DNA from: a bacterium
Lineage (GTDB): Bacteria; Elusimicrobiota; Elusimicrobia; UBA1565; UBA9628
Assembly (NCBI GenBank): GCA_021783355.1
Contig: JAJXTZ010000001.1
Coordinates: forward strand, 1-50,203
Direction: 5' to 3'
Length of the DNA stretch: 50,203 nt
Below, in pieces: positions 39,665 to 48,994 of this stretch. The position numbers and the translations under genes were made by a program. The notes under the pieces are model-generated. The model was not told the DNA's origin, did no database searches, and saw only the letters and a program-made list of their open reading frames with translations. The first letter of the stretch is position 1, and each line of letters starts with the position of its first letter.

Positions 39665-40448
39665 CGTGCTGACGCGCATCGGCGCGCGGACCGCGGCGCG
39701 CGTGGCCCAGCTCAAGCGCGCGCGGCCGGAGCGCGCCCTGCGCGAGGCGCGCCTCTACGCGCGCGAGCCGCGCTCCCTGGCCGCGGCGCTCTCCGGTCCG
39801 GCCCCGCGGGTGATCGCGGAGGTGAAGTTCGCCTCGCCGTCGGAGGGGCCGCTGGTCCCCGCGGCGCGGGCGACGCCGGCGGAGGCGGCGCGCCTGGCCG
39901 GGGCCTACCTGGACGCGGGCGCGGCCGCGGTGTCCATCCTGACCGAGCCGGAGTACTTCTCGGGGGACCCGGAGTTCCTGGCCTCCGCGCGGGCCGCGCG
40001 CCCGGACGCCTGCTTCTTGATGAAGGACTTCGTCGTGGACGCCTGGCAGCTGGAGCTGGCGCGCTCCTGCGGGGCCGACGCGGTCCTCTTGATCGCGGCC
40101 CTGCTGGGCCCGCGCCTGGGCGAGCTGATCTTCGCGGCGCGCGCGCGCGGCCTCTCGGCTCTCGTGGAGGTCCACGACGAGGAGCAGGCCGAGGCCGCGC
40201 TCTCCGAGGGCGCCGAGGTCTTGGGCGTCAACAGCCGCGACCTGCGCACGCTGCGCACGGACCTGGCCGTCGCGCGCCGCCTGGCCCCGTACGCGCGCCG
40301 GGCCAAGGTCGCGGTGGCCGAGAGCGGGCTGAAGACCCGCGCGGACCTCGACGAGCTGGCGGGCTTGGGCTACAAGGGCTTCCTGATCGGGACCTCGTTC
40401 ATGAAGTCCAAGGACCCGGCCGCGGCGCTGTCGGCCCTGCTGGCGTGA
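39657..40448 (+). CDS. trpC: indole-3-glycerol phosphate synthase
   Basis: VIAEVKFASPSEG...ILTEPEYFSG...FLMKDFVVD...VEVHDEEQ...GVNSRDLRTL. Confidence 0.9.
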   Translation: MPDVLTRIGARTAARVAQLKRARPERALREARLYAREPRSLAAALSGPAPRVIAEVKFASPSEGPLVPAARATPAEAARLAGAYLDAGAAAVSILTEPEYFSGDPEFLASARAARPDACFLMKDFVVDAWQLELARSCGADAVLLIAALLGPRLGELIFAARARGLSALVEVHDEEQAEAALSEGAEVLGVNSRDLRTLRTDLAVARRLAPYARRAKVAVAESGLKTRADLDELAGLGYKGFLIGTSFMKSKDPAAALSALLA

Positions 40449-40996
40449 GGGTCAAGGTCTGCGGCGTGACGCGCCCGGCCGACGCGCGCCTGGCCGCGCG
40501 CCTGGGGGCCTGGGCCGTCGGGCTGATCTTCGTGCCGGGCACGCCGCGCTTCCTGACCCTCGCGCAGGCGCGCCGCGTGCGCGCCGCGATCCCCAAGGGC
40601 GTGCTGGCCGTGGGGGTGTTCCGCAGGCCCGCGCCGGGGACGCTCGCGCTCTATCGAAAGGAACTGAGGCTCGACGGGGTCCAGGACGGCGGGAAGCTCA
40701 GGATCGGCTCGCGCCGGCTGGCCCTGATCGAGCCGCGCCGCACCGACGCCGACCGCCGCGCGGGACGAACGCCGTCCGAGGCCGCGCGCCGCCGCGCGTG
40801 GAAGAAGGCCGCGTCCTCGCGCCGCGCGGCCGTGCTGGCGGGAGGGCTGACGCCGGAGAACGCCGCCCAGGCCGCGGCGGCGCGTCCGTACGCGCTGGAC
40901 GTCAGCTCCGGCGTCGAGCGGCGTCTGGGGGTCAAGGACGCGCGGCTCCTGCGCGCCTTCTTCGCCGCGGTCCGGGGGGGCCCAAAAATTCGGTAG
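40445..40996 (+). CDS. trpF: phosphoribosylanthranilate isomerase, divergent (183 aa)
   Basis: MRVKVCGVTRPADA...AVGLIF...LDGVQ...VLAGGLTPENA...ALDVSSGVE match TrpF at both ends. The central part (about 40670-40830) is Arg-rich and lacks the usual LHG and GGxG..FDW motifs. GTGA overlap with trpC. Confidence 0.7.
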   Translation: MRVKVCGVTRPADARLAARLGAWAVGLIFVPGTPRFLTLAQARRVRAAIPKGVLAVGVFRRPAPGTLALYRKELRLDGVQDGGKLRIGSRRLALIEPRRTDADRRAGRTPSEAARRRAWKKAASSRRAAVLAGGLTPENAAQAAAARPYALDVSSGVERRLGVKDARLLRAFFAAVRGGPKIR

Positions 40997-41053
40997 GCCC
41001 AAAGGCCTATTTTTCCTGGACAGCCCCCCGGGGCTCTTGCCATAATCGCCCTC

Positions 41054-42028
41054 ATGAACAAGAAGACCCTGCTCGGGCCGGTCCTCGCCGTCGCCGCCTC
41101 CCTTTCTCTGGCCGCCGCGGCCTCGGCGGCCCCGCACGGCATCCTGTGGGCGCGGGGCGCGGGCCCGGCGCGCGTCCAGCGCTCCGGCTCGGGCTCGGGG
41201 CTGGTCTACTTCGGCGGGCCGGTGATCTCGAACGTCAAGGTGTACGCGGTGTTCTGGGGCGACCAGGTCTCCGCGCGCACGAAGTCCCTGGTCGGGCCGC
41301 TCTACACGAACATTTTGGACAGCACCTACATGGACTGGCTCAAGGAATACGACACCAACCGCAAGGCGGTGGACGGCCGCGCGGGCACGGACCAGCACAT
41401 CGGCCGCGGGACTTTCGCCGGGGCGTTCACCATCCACCCGGCCAACAGGGGCTCCTCGCTCTCCGACGCGGACGTGCAGGCCGAGCTGGACGCGCAGATC
41501 GCGGCCGGGCGCCTGCCGCCCAACGACGCCGACACGCTGTACATGACCTATTTCCCGTCCGGGGTCTCCATCTCGATCGGCGGGCAGGGCTCCTGCTCCA
41601 GCTTCTGCGCCTATCACGAGGGCTTCAACTCCCCGCGCAGCGGCAAGCCGGTCTATTACGGGGTGATGCCCTCCTGCGGCTGGGGCTGCGGCAGCCAGAG
41701 CGAGGTCTCCTCGCACGAGTGCATCGAGGCGGTGACCGATCCCTTCCCGACGCCCGGCGACCAGCCGGCCTACCCGCAGGCTTGGAACGACGCCGGCGGC
41801 CAGGAGATCGCGGACCTGTGCGACGGCACCAACGGCACGGTGACCGGCCACGGGACCGCCAGCGACGTGACGGCTCTCTGGGACGACTCGATCGGCGGCT
41901 GCAACCAGGGGCCGTGGCGCCAGAGTCCGGCGCTCAGCGCGCGGGCCCTGCCGAGCCAGGTCCCGTTCCTGTCCCAGGCGCCGCTCTTGGACGCCCTGCG
42001 CGCCTCTCCGGCGCCGTTCGGCCGCTGA
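41054..42028 (+). CDS. secreted Cys-rich protein resembling the plant EXORDIUM / PHI-1 (Phi_1) family
   Basis: Signal peptide, then LVYFGGPVISNVKVYAVFWG, TLYMTYFPSGVSI..GSCSSFCAYHEGF, YYGVMPSC.WGCG, HECIEAVTDPFP, QEIADLCDG and ALWDDSIGGC. These parallel the EXORDIUM consensus blocks as I recall them. CATAAT lies 7 nt upstream of the ATG. Confidence 0.55.
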   Translation: MNKKTLLGPVLAVAASLSLAAAASAAPHGILWARGAGPARVQRSGSGSGLVYFGGPVISNVKVYAVFWGDQVSARTKSLVGPLYTNILDSTYMDWLKEYDTNRKAVDGRAGTDQHIGRGTFAGAFTIHPANRGSSLSDADVQAELDAQIAAGRLPPNDADTLYMTYFPSGVSISIGGQGSCSSFCAYHEGFNSPRSGKPVYYGVMPSCGWGCGSQSEVSSHECIEAVTDPFPTPGDQPAYPQAWNDAGGQEIADLCDGTNGTVTGHGTASDVTALWDDSIGGCNQGPWRQSPALSARALPSQVPFLSQAPLLDALRASPAPFGR

Positions 42029-42032
42029 CGCC

Positions 42033-42884
42033 CTAGAAGCCGATCTGGGCCAGGTCCAGCTCCACCTCCGCGCGCGCGGGGGGGAGCGGGACCGCCAGCC
42101 GCCGGCGCTCGCGATCCAGTCCGCTCCAGAAGAGCAGGATCGCGTCCAGCGCCTCGCGGCCCGCCTCTAAAAAGACCTCGGGCTCGAAGTCCGGCGAGGC
42201 GAAGCCGGCCTTCAGCTCGTCCCAGACGGCCAGGCCGTGGCCGGCCTCGGTGACGAAATGGAAGCGGAAGAAGCCCAGCGGCAGAGGCGCCAAACCCCGA
42301 GGCCGCCGCAGGCGCTTGTCGAAGGCCTCCAGGCCGACGATGAGCTCGCGCCAGAAATTGCGCTCCTCCTGCTCCGGGCCTTTGCCGATGCCGAAGGAGG
42401 CCCAGCTCTCGATGGCGAAGCTGGCGCCCGCGCCCACCTGGCCGTCGCGGGAGCCGTAGGTGCGGTCCAGGCCGTCCAGGAAGTCGTGGGTCTCCTCTCT
42501 CCCTAAGTCCCAGCGGCCGAGCTTCCGGGGGTCCAAGCCCAGGGCGCGGCCGGTCTCGCGGAGCCACTCGAGATGGGCGTTGTGGTTGGCGAAGGTCCTT
42601 CCTTCCGTGGAGCCGGTCTTGGGCTCCATGGCCACGCCGCACTCGTTGACCAGTATGGCGCGGGCGCAGCGCTCGCCTTCCTCCGTCCCGGCGTTGACCA
42701 GGCGCTTGGCCTGGACCACCAGGAAGTGGTTGGAGAACACGGAGAACTGCTCGATCAGGTCCTTCACCTGGGCCTCGTCGGCCAGGCCGCGCTTGAACCA
42801 GAGGGCGTACGGGTTGGCCTGGACGACGGGATGGGCCAAGATCTCGTTCTCGACGCGGCGGCGGAAGTCCTCGAAGCGATCCAT
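42033..42884 (-). CDS. heme-oxygenase-like diiron enzyme family protein (iron-containing redox enzyme / PqqC-CADD-TenA-like fold)
   Basis: Candidate ligand blocks LVNECG, ANHNAHLEW, AIESWAS and FRFHFVTEAGHG (H-x3-E-x2-H). Start at MDRFEDF (42884) with GGAG upstream; the ORF opens at 42977. Confidence 0.6.
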   Translation of the reverse strand: MDRFEDFRRRVENEILAHPVVQANPYALWFKRGLADEAQVKDLIEQFSVFSNHFLVVQAKRLVNAGTEEGERCARAILVNECGVAMEPKTGSTEGRTFANHNAHLEWLRETGRALGLDPRKLGRWDLGREETHDFLDGLDRTYGSRDGQVGAGASFAIESWASFGIGKGPEQEERNFWRELIVGLEAFDKRLRRPRGLAPLPLGFFRFHFVTEAGHGLAVWDELKAGFASPDFEPEVFLEAGREALDAILLFWSGLDRERRRLAVPLPPARAEVELDLAQIGF

Positions 42885-42970
42885 GATGTGTTCTCCAGGC
42901 GGAGGGTGACGGCCCCCGTAGGATAGCCTCCCGGAGCGTTTCTGTAAATTGAATAAAGCTGACAGAATCG

Positions 42971-42985
42971 TTAACATATAGTTAA
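42971..42985. promoter_or_regulatory. 15-bp palindrome TTAAC-ATATA-GTTAA (contains T-N11-A) in the divergent HDO/LysR intergenic region
   Basis: Perfect 5-bp arms in an AT-rich island that abuts the LysR ATG at 42985. LTTR boxes are typically T-N11-A dyads in such divergent regions. Confidence 0.4.
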
Positions 42986-43878
42986 TGGACCTCTACCAGC
43001 TCAGGTACTTCCTGGAAGTGGCCCGCACGGGCTCGTTCACGCGCGCGGCCGAGAGCCTGCACGTGACGACGCCGGCGGTGTCGCGCTCGGTGGCGCTTCT
43101 GGAGCGCTCGCTGGGGCGGACCCTGTTCACGCGCGACCGCAAGCGCGTCTCGCTCACGGCCGACGGAGTCTTCATGAAGTCGCAGGTGGAGCGCATCTAC
43201 GACCTGGTCGCGGGCATCGAGGTCCACCTGGCGGGCAAGACCCCGGGCGGCCCCGCGCTCCTGCGCGTGGGCTCGCGCGAGATGATCACCAACTACCTTC
43301 TGACGCCGTCCCTGCGCGCCTACCGGGCGGAGTATCCGCGCACGCGCTTCGGCGTCCACGAGCTGGGCCCGCGCGAGATGGCCGAGGCGCTGAAAAGGGA
43401 CTGGATCGACTTCGGCTTCTACTACCACGGCGAGATCCCCGACCCCGACATCGAGGTCCGCAGGCTGGGCTCGCTGCGCTCCCACGCCTACGCGACGAAA
43501 TCGCTGCTTCCGCGCGGCCGCGCGCCGGAGACCGTGGAGGGCGCCTTGAAGCTGCCGTTCGTGGCCCCGCGCTACTTCCGCGCCGACCCGTCGGAGCCCA
43601 GCGTGGACGGCTTTCCGGATCAGCGCCTGCCCCGCGACATCCGCTTCGAGGCCGAATTCCTGGAGACCCACCGCCGCTTCGTCTTGGACGGCCTGGCCGC
43701 CGCCGTGCTGCCCGACTTCACCATCCGCGACGAATGGCGCCGCGGCCGCGTCGTGAGATTGCCCGGCCCGCCGCTGGGCCGCGAGATCTACTTCCTGAAG
43801 CGCCGCGGCCGCCCCTTGCCGCCCGGCGTGGACTTGTTCCTGAAGGTCCTGTCCCGCACCATCTCCGAGCTGCGTTAG
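42985..43878 (+). CDS. LysR-family transcriptional regulator
   Basis: [50 protein letters not shown] is a canonical LTTR wHTH, with a substrate-binding domain following. Confidence 0.9.
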   Translation: MDLYQLRYFLEVARTGSFTRAAESLHVTTPAVSRSVALLERSLGRTLFTRDRKRVSLTADGVFMKSQVERIYDLVAGIEVHLAGKTPGGPALLRVGSREMITNYLLTPSLRAYRAEYPRTRFGVHELGPREMAEALKRDWIDFGFYYHGEIPDPDIEVRRLGSLRSHAYATKSLLPRGRAPETVEGALKLPFVAPRYFRADPSEPSVDGFPDQRLPRDIRFEAEFLETHRRFVLDGLAAAVLPDFTIRDEWRRGRVVRLPGPPLGREIYFLKRRGRPLPPGVDLFLKVLSRTISELR

Positions 43879-43934
43879 GCGCGGCGGCGGGGGACGATGG
43901 ACAAGACCCGGGCCCTCTGCTATCCTTCGAGGCG

Positions 43935-45113
43935 ATGAAAAACCCCTCTGGAGGCGGCCGGCCGGGCTTTTTCGGGCCGTACGGCGGGCGCTTCGTGCCG
44001 GAGACGCTGATCGAGCCGCTGCGCGAGCTGGAGGCGGCGTATGACGCGGCGCGGCGGGACGCGCGTTTTCGCAAGGAGCTGGCGCGCGAGCTGGCGACCT
44101 ATGTAGGAAGGCCGACGCCGCTCACTTACGCCGGCCGGCTCTCGAAGGAGCTGGGGCTGAGGGTCTGGCTCAAGCGCGAGGATCTGACGCACACGGGCGC
44201 GCACAAGATCAACAACACGGTGGGGCAGGTCCTGCTGGCGCGGAGGATGGGGAAGAAGCGCGTCATCGCGGAGACGGGGGCGGGACAGCACGGCGTGGCG
44301 ACGGCGGCGGCGGCGGCGCGCTACGGACTGCCGTGCCGCGTGTACATGGGCACGGAGGACATGGCGCGTCAGGCGCCGAATGTTGGGCGCATGAAGTTCC
44401 TGGGCGCGGAGGTGGTGGCGGTCGAGTCCGGCTCGCGCACGCTGAAGGACGCCACCAGCGAGGCCCTGCGCGCCTGGTCGGCCGAGAGCCGCGAGACTTT
44501 CTACGTCCTGGGCTCCGCCCTGGGGCCGCACCCGTACCCGTCGATGGTGCGCGATTTCCAGTCGGTGATCGGCCATGAGGCGCGCGCGCAGATCCTGAAG
44601 GAAGCGGGACGGCTGCCGCGCGAGATCGCGGCCTGCGTGGGCGGCGGCTCCAACGCCATCGGCATCTTCACCGCGTTCGTGAAGGACAAAGGCGTGCGCC
44701 TGACGGGCGTCGAGGCCGGCGGCAAGGGCGTCCGCACCGGCCTGCACGCCGCGCGCTTCGCGGGCGGGCGCCCCGGCGTCCTCCACGGCACTTACACTTA
44801 TCTTCTGCAGGACGCCGCGGGCCAGGTCCTGCCCACGCACTCCGTCTCCGCCGGCCTGGACTATCCCGCCGTCGGGCCCGAGCACGCCGAGCTGCGCCGC
44901 ACCGGCCGCGCGCGCTATTCCTCCGCCACCGACGCCGAGGCCCTGAAGGCCGCGTCGGCCCTGGGACGCCTGGAGGGCATCCTGCCGGCCTTGGAGAGCT
45001 CCCATGCCCTCGCTTATGTGATGCGCGAGCGCCGGAAGATCGGCCGGAACGCCTTGGTGATCGTGAACCTCTCCGGGCGAGGCGACAAGGACCTGGGGAC
45101 GCTATGCCCGTGA
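43935..45113 (+). CDS. trpB: tryptophan synthase beta chain
   Basis: [13 protein letters not shown]...[16 protein letters not shown]...ETGAGQHG...[14 protein letters not shown] lies 8 nt upstream of the ATG. Confidence 0.95.
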   Translation: MKNPSGGGRPGFFGPYGGRFVPETLIEPLRELEAAYDAARRDARFRKELARELATYVGRPTPLTYAGRLSKELGLRVWLKREDLTHTGAHKINNTVGQVLLARRMGKKRVIAETGAGQHGVATAAAAARYGLPCRVYMGTEDMARQAPNVGRMKFLGAEVVAVESGSRTLKDATSEALRAWSAESRETFYVLGSALGPHPYPSMVRDFQSVIGHEARAQILKEAGRLPREIAACVGGGSNAIGIFTAFVKDKGVRLTGVEAGGKGVRTGLHAARFAGGRPGVLHGTYTYLLQDAAGQVLPTHSVSAGLDYPAVGPEHAELRRTGRARYSSATDAEALKAASALGRLEGILPALESSHALAYVMRERRKIGRNALVIVNLSGRGDKDLGTLCP

Positions 45114-45898
45114 CCCTCGCCCAAGTCTTGAAGGCGCGGCGCGCCGCGGGCCGCGCGGGCCTCGTGCCCTTCGTCGTCGCGGGCGATCCGAGCTCCGCGG
45201 CGACGCTCGCCTTGGCGAAGGGCCTGGAGAAGGCCGGCGCGGACATTCTGGAGCTGGGCGTCCCGTTCTCCGACCCCGTGGCCGACGGGCCCGTCATCCA
45301 GGCCGCCGGCCAGCGCGCGCTGAGGAAGGGCATGACCTTGAAGCGAGTCGCGGCCTTGGCGGCCAAGATGAAGCGCGCGGGCGTGAAGACCCCCGTCGTC
45401 CTCTTCACCTATCTCAATCCCGTGTCGACCTTGGGCGTCGAGGGCTTCGCGCGGCTCTGCGCCCGGTCCGGCGTCTCGGCGGCGCTGGTGGTGGACCTGC
45501 CGGCCGAGGAGTCGCGCGAATTGTCGAAGGCTTTGGCGCGCCGCGGCGTCGAGCTGGTCCTCTTGGCCTCGCCCACCACCACGGACGCCCGGCTATGCAT
45601 GATCGGGAAAGCCTCGGGCTCCGTCGTCTATTACGTGAGCCGCGAGGGCGTCACCGGCGTGCGCGCGGGGCTGGCCCCGGGGCTGGCCGCGCGCATCGCG
45701 CGCGTGAGGAAGCTGACCGGAAAACCTTTGCTGGTCGGCTTCGGCGTGGCCGAGCCCGCGCAGGCTCAGGCGCTCGCCGCCCACGCCGACGCCGTCGTCG
45801 TCGGCAGCGCCCTGGTCAAGGCCGCCGCCGCCGGCGGACCCGCCGCCGCCACGCGCCTGGCGCGCCGCCTGTCGTCTTCTTTGGAGAGAAAATGCTGA
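45104..45898 (+). CDS. trpA: tryptophan synthase alpha chain
   Basis: [10 protein letters not shown]...[21 protein letters not shown]...GFGV. Overlaps trpB by 10 nt. Confidence 0.9.
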   Translation: MPVTLAQVLKARRAAGRAGLVPFVVAGDPSSAATLALAKGLEKAGADILELGVPFSDPVADGPVIQAAGQRALRKGMTLKRVAALAAKMKRAGVKTPVVLFTYLNPVSTLGVEGFARLCARSGVSAALVVDLPAEESRELSKALARRGVELVLLASPTTTDARLCMIGKASGSVVYYVSREGVTGVRAGLAPGLAARIARVRKLTGKPLLVGFGVAEPAQAQALAAHADAVVVGSALVKAAAAGGPAAATRLARRLSSSLERKC

Positions 45899-46911
45899 TC
45901 CTGATGTCGTCGGACCACACCAAGAAGCAGCTCGCCGACGTCCTGGCGCGCGTGAAGAAGCTCAAGCTCACCCCCCATGTCATCCCCGGACGCCAGAGCG
46001 TCGCCATCGGCATCACCGGCAACCGCGGCGCCCTCGACCCGCACCTCTTCGACGCCCTGCCCGGCGTCAAGGACGCCGTGCGCGTCACCAAGCCCTACAA
46101 GCTGGCCGGGCGGGACTTCAAGCACGGCGACACCGTGGTCCCCGTCGGGACCGTGCGCATCGGGGGGCCGGGCCTGGTCGTCATCGCCGGCCCCTGCGCC
46201 GTGGAGAGCGAGGAGCAGCTGATCCGCATCGCCCGCGCGGTCAAGAAGGCCGGCGCGCACATGCTCCGCGGCGGCGCGTACAAGCCGCGCACCTCCCCGT
46301 ACGCGTTCCAGGGCCTGGGCAAGAAGGGTCTCAAGATGCTGGCCAAGGCCCGCCAGGAGACGGGCTTGCCCGTCGTCACCGAGGTCCTCGACCAGCGCTC
46401 GCTGGGCGACGTGGCCGAGTACGCCGACGTCCTGCAGGTCGGCGCGCGCAACATGCAGAACTTCGCCCTCCTCAAGGAGCTGGGGAAGCTGCGCAAGCCG
46501 GTGATGCTCAAGCGCGGCCTGTCGGCCACCCTGGACGAGTGGTTGATGTCGGCCGAATATCTTCTCAGCGAGGGGAACGCGAAACTTTTTCTTTGTGAGC
46601 GTGGAATCCGGGCCTTTTCAGACCACGCTAGGAATACTTTGGACCTGAACGTCGTCCCGGCGGTCAAAGAACTCAGTCATCTGCCGATCATCGTGGACCC
46701 CAGCCACGCCACCGGCGTGCGTTCGCGCGTGGCGCCGATGGCGCGCGCGGCCGTGGCCGCCGGCGCGCACGGCCTGATGATCGAGGTCCACGACCGCCCG
46801 GACCAGGCCCTCTGCGACGGCCCGCAGGCCATGGCCCCCTCGGACTTCGAGACCCTGATGGGCGAGCTGGCCGCGATCGCGGCCGTCGTGGGACGCGGAG
46901 TGCCGGGATGA
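45892..46911 (+). CDS. 3-deoxy-7-phosphoheptulonate (DAHP) synthase, type I-beta with an N-terminal regulatory (ferredoxin-like) domain
   Basis: The catalytic core has [37 protein letters not shown] and IVDPSHA. An extra 70-aa N-terminal domain resembles the Thermotoga-type enzymes. Confidence 0.85.
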   Translation: MLILMSSDHTKKQLADVLARVKKLKLTPHVIPGRQSVAIGITGNRGALDPHLFDALPGVKDAVRVTKPYKLAGRDFKHGDTVVPVGTVRIGGPGLVVIAGPCAVESEEQLIRIARAVKKAGAHMLRGGAYKPRTSPYAFQGLGKKGLKMLAKARQETGLPVVTEVLDQRSLGDVAEYADVLQVGARNMQNFALLKELGKLRKPVMLKRGLSATLDEWLMSAEYLLSEGNAKLFLCERGIRAFSDHARNTLDLNVVPAVKELSHLPIIVDPSHATGVRSRVAPMARAAVAAGAHGLMIEVHDRPDQALCDGPQAMAPSDFETLMGELAAIAAVVGRGVPG

Positions 46912-48191
46912 GCGCGCGCCGGGTCACCGGCGGCGGGCGCCTGTCCGGCGAGGTCCGCGTCCCCGGGGACAAGTCGGTCTCCCACCGCGCGCTGATCCTG
47001 GGCGCCCTGGCTGAGGGCACCACCGAGATCGACGGCCTGGCCCCCGGCGCCGACGTGCGCTCCACCCGCGAGGTCCTGCGCGCCCTGGGCGTGACGATCG
47101 AGGGCCCCGGCTCCCACGCCGCCGTCCACGGCCGCGGCCTGGGCGGACTCGCCGCGCACGGCGGGGACCTGGACGCGGGCAACTCCGGGACCACGATGCG
47201 CCTGATGGCCGGCGTGCTGGCCGGCCACCCGTTCCTGTCCCACCTGACCGGCGACGGCTCCCTCTGCGGCCGGCCCATGGAGCGCGTGGCCGCGCCCCTG
47301 CGCGCGATGGGCGCCACCGTCGAGCTGACCGCGACCGGGACCGCCCCGATGACCGTGGTGGGCGGGCGGCTCAAGGGCATCGACTGGAGCCCCCCGGTGG
47401 CCAGCGCCCAGGTCAAATCCGCCGTCCTGCTGGCGGGCCTGCACGCAGAGGGGCGCACCTCCGTGACCGAGCCCGTCCCCACGCGCGACCACACCGAGCG
47501 CCTGCTGGGCCTCTTCGGCGTCGCGGTGGAGCGCGCCGGGACGCGCGTCGCCGTGGACGGCGGCTCAGACCTGCGCGCCTGCCGCGTCTCCGTGCCCGGC
47601 GACCCGTCCTCGGCCGCGTTCTGGGTCGCGGCGGCCTCGCTCCTTCCGGGCAGCGCGCTGACCGTGCGCGGCGTCTGCGCCAACCCGGCGCGCGTGGGCT
47701 TCCTGCGCGCGCTGGAGCGCATGGGCGCCAAGATCCGCCGCGCCGCGGCGGGCGAGAAGGCCGGCGAACCGGTGGAGGACTGGACCGTCTCCGCCGCGGC
47801 CCTGCGCGGGACCGAGGTGGCCGCCCGCGAGGTGCCGGGCCTGGTGGACGAGGTGCCCATCCTCGCCCTGGCCGCCGCCCGCGCCGGGGGGCAGAGCGTC
47901 TTCCGCGGCCTGGGCGAGCTGCGCCACAAGGAGAGCGACCGCCTGGCGGGGATCGCGGACCTCTTGGCCGCCTTCGGCGCCGAGGCCCGCGTGGACGGCG
48001 ACGACCTGCGCGTCGCCGGCGGCGCCGTCTTGCGCGGCGCGGCCTTCGACGCGCGCGGCGACCACCGCCTGGCGCTGACCGCCTTCGTGGCCGGCGCCGC
48101 GGCCAAGGGGACGACGAGCGTGAGCGGCGCCGAGTGCGCGGAGATCTCGTACCCGTCGTTCTACGCCGACTTCGCGGAGCGCCTGAAGTGA
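46908..48191 (+). CDS. aroA: 3-phosphoshikimate 1-carboxyvinyltransferase (EPSP synthase)
   Basis: [22 protein letters not shown]...[12 protein letters not shown]...[11 protein letters not shown] overlap. Confidence 0.9.
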   Translation: MSARRVTGGGRLSGEVRVPGDKSVSHRALILGALAEGTTEIDGLAPGADVRSTREVLRALGVTIEGPGSHAAVHGRGLGGLAAHGGDLDAGNSGTTMRLMAGVLAGHPFLSHLTGDGSLCGRPMERVAAPLRAMGATVELTATGTAPMTVVGGRLKGIDWSPPVASAQVKSAVLLAGLHAEGRTSVTEPVPTRDHTERLLGLFGVAVERAGTRVAVDGGSDLRACRVSVPGDPSSAAFWVAAASLLPGSALTVRGVCANPARVGFLRALERMGAKIRRAAAGEKAGEPVEDWTVSAAALRGTEVAAREVPGLVDEVPILALAAARAGGQSVFRGLGELRHKESDRLAGIADLLAAFGAEARVDGDDLRVAGGAVLRGAAFDARGDHRLALTAFVAGAAAKGTTSVSGAECAEISYPSFYADFAERLK

Positions 48192-48994
48192 AGCTCGGGC
48201 TCTTGGGCTTCCCCGTGTCCCACTCGCGCTCGCCGCGGCTCTTCGCGCGCCTGTCGCGGCGGCTGGGGAGGAGGATCGAGTACGAGGCGGTCGCGGTCCG
48301 GCCCGGCGCGCTGATCCCCGCCGTCGCGCGGGCCTGGAACGCCGGCTGGCGCGGGGCGAACGTGACCGTGCCGCTCAAGGAAGAGGCGCTGGCGCTGTGC
48401 GCGCGGCTGACGCCCGCGGCGCGCGCGGTCGGGGCGGTCAACTGCCTGCGCTTCGACCGCGTCCTGACCGGGCACAACACCGACGCGGAAGGACTGCGCG
48501 ACGCCCTGCGGCGCGCGGGCGTCGGCGTCCGCGGCAAGAGCGCTTTGGTCTTCGGCGCCGGCGGCGCGGCCCGGGCGGCCGGCTGGGCCTTGGGCATGGA
48601 GGGCGCGAAGTCGGTCCGATTTTCCGCGCGGACGGAGGCGAGGGGGAAAACGGCGGCCAGAGAACTCGGCAAGCTGTTCTCCGGGACACGATTCGCGGCG
48701 GGAGGAGCCGTTCGGGCCGACATTTGGATCAACGCCACGCCCTTGGGAATGAAAGGCTTTCCGGATCGCGATCCCGCGCCAAAGCGCCTTCCGCCGCCTT
48801 CGGCGGCGATCGATCTCGTCTACGGCCGGCGCACGGCTTTTCAGCGGCGTTGCGCCGCGCAAAACGCTTCCGTCACGGACGGAGCGGCGATGCTGGTCTT
48901 CCAGGCTTTAAGGGCTTGGGAGTTCTGGAACAAGCCCTTGGGGGCCGGACGGCGCGCCGCGCTCGCCGAAGAGTTGATCGAGGTGATCTCATGA
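48188..48994 (+). CDS. aroE: shikimate dehydrogenase
   Basis: LLGFPVSHSRSP..F...GANVTVPLKE...AVNCL...GHNTDAEG...FGAGGAARA. GTGA overlap. Confidence 0.8.
   Translation: MKLGLLGFPVSHSRSPRLFARLSRRLGRRIEYEAVAVRPGALIPAVARAWNAGWRGANVTVPLKEEALALCARLTPAARAVGAVNCLRFDRVLTGHNTDAEGLRDALRRAGVGVRGKSALVFGAGGAARAAGWALGMEGAKSVRFSARTEARGKTAARELGKLFSGTRFAAGGAVRADIWINATPLGMKGFPDRDPAPKRLPPPSAAIDLVYGRRTAFQRRCAAQNASVTDGAAMLVFQALRAWEFWNKPLGAGRRAALAEELIEVIS

Noticed and set aside
42977-42982. TATAGT hexamer considered as the -10 of a leaderless LysR transcript.
   Set aside because: It ends only 2 nt before ATG 42985, too close for a transcription start at or before the start codon. It is more likely part of the dyad operator or of the divergent promoter.
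46688-48106. Long minus-strand ORFs antisense to aroA and the DAHP synthase (46688-48106, 46677-47492, 47413-48738). Comparable antisense ORFs lie across GT-C, cydAB, mutS, mutL and fumC.
   Set aside because: Their composition is Arg/Pro/Ala/Ser-rich without motifs, and each lies opposite a strongly supported gene. They are high-GC artefacts.
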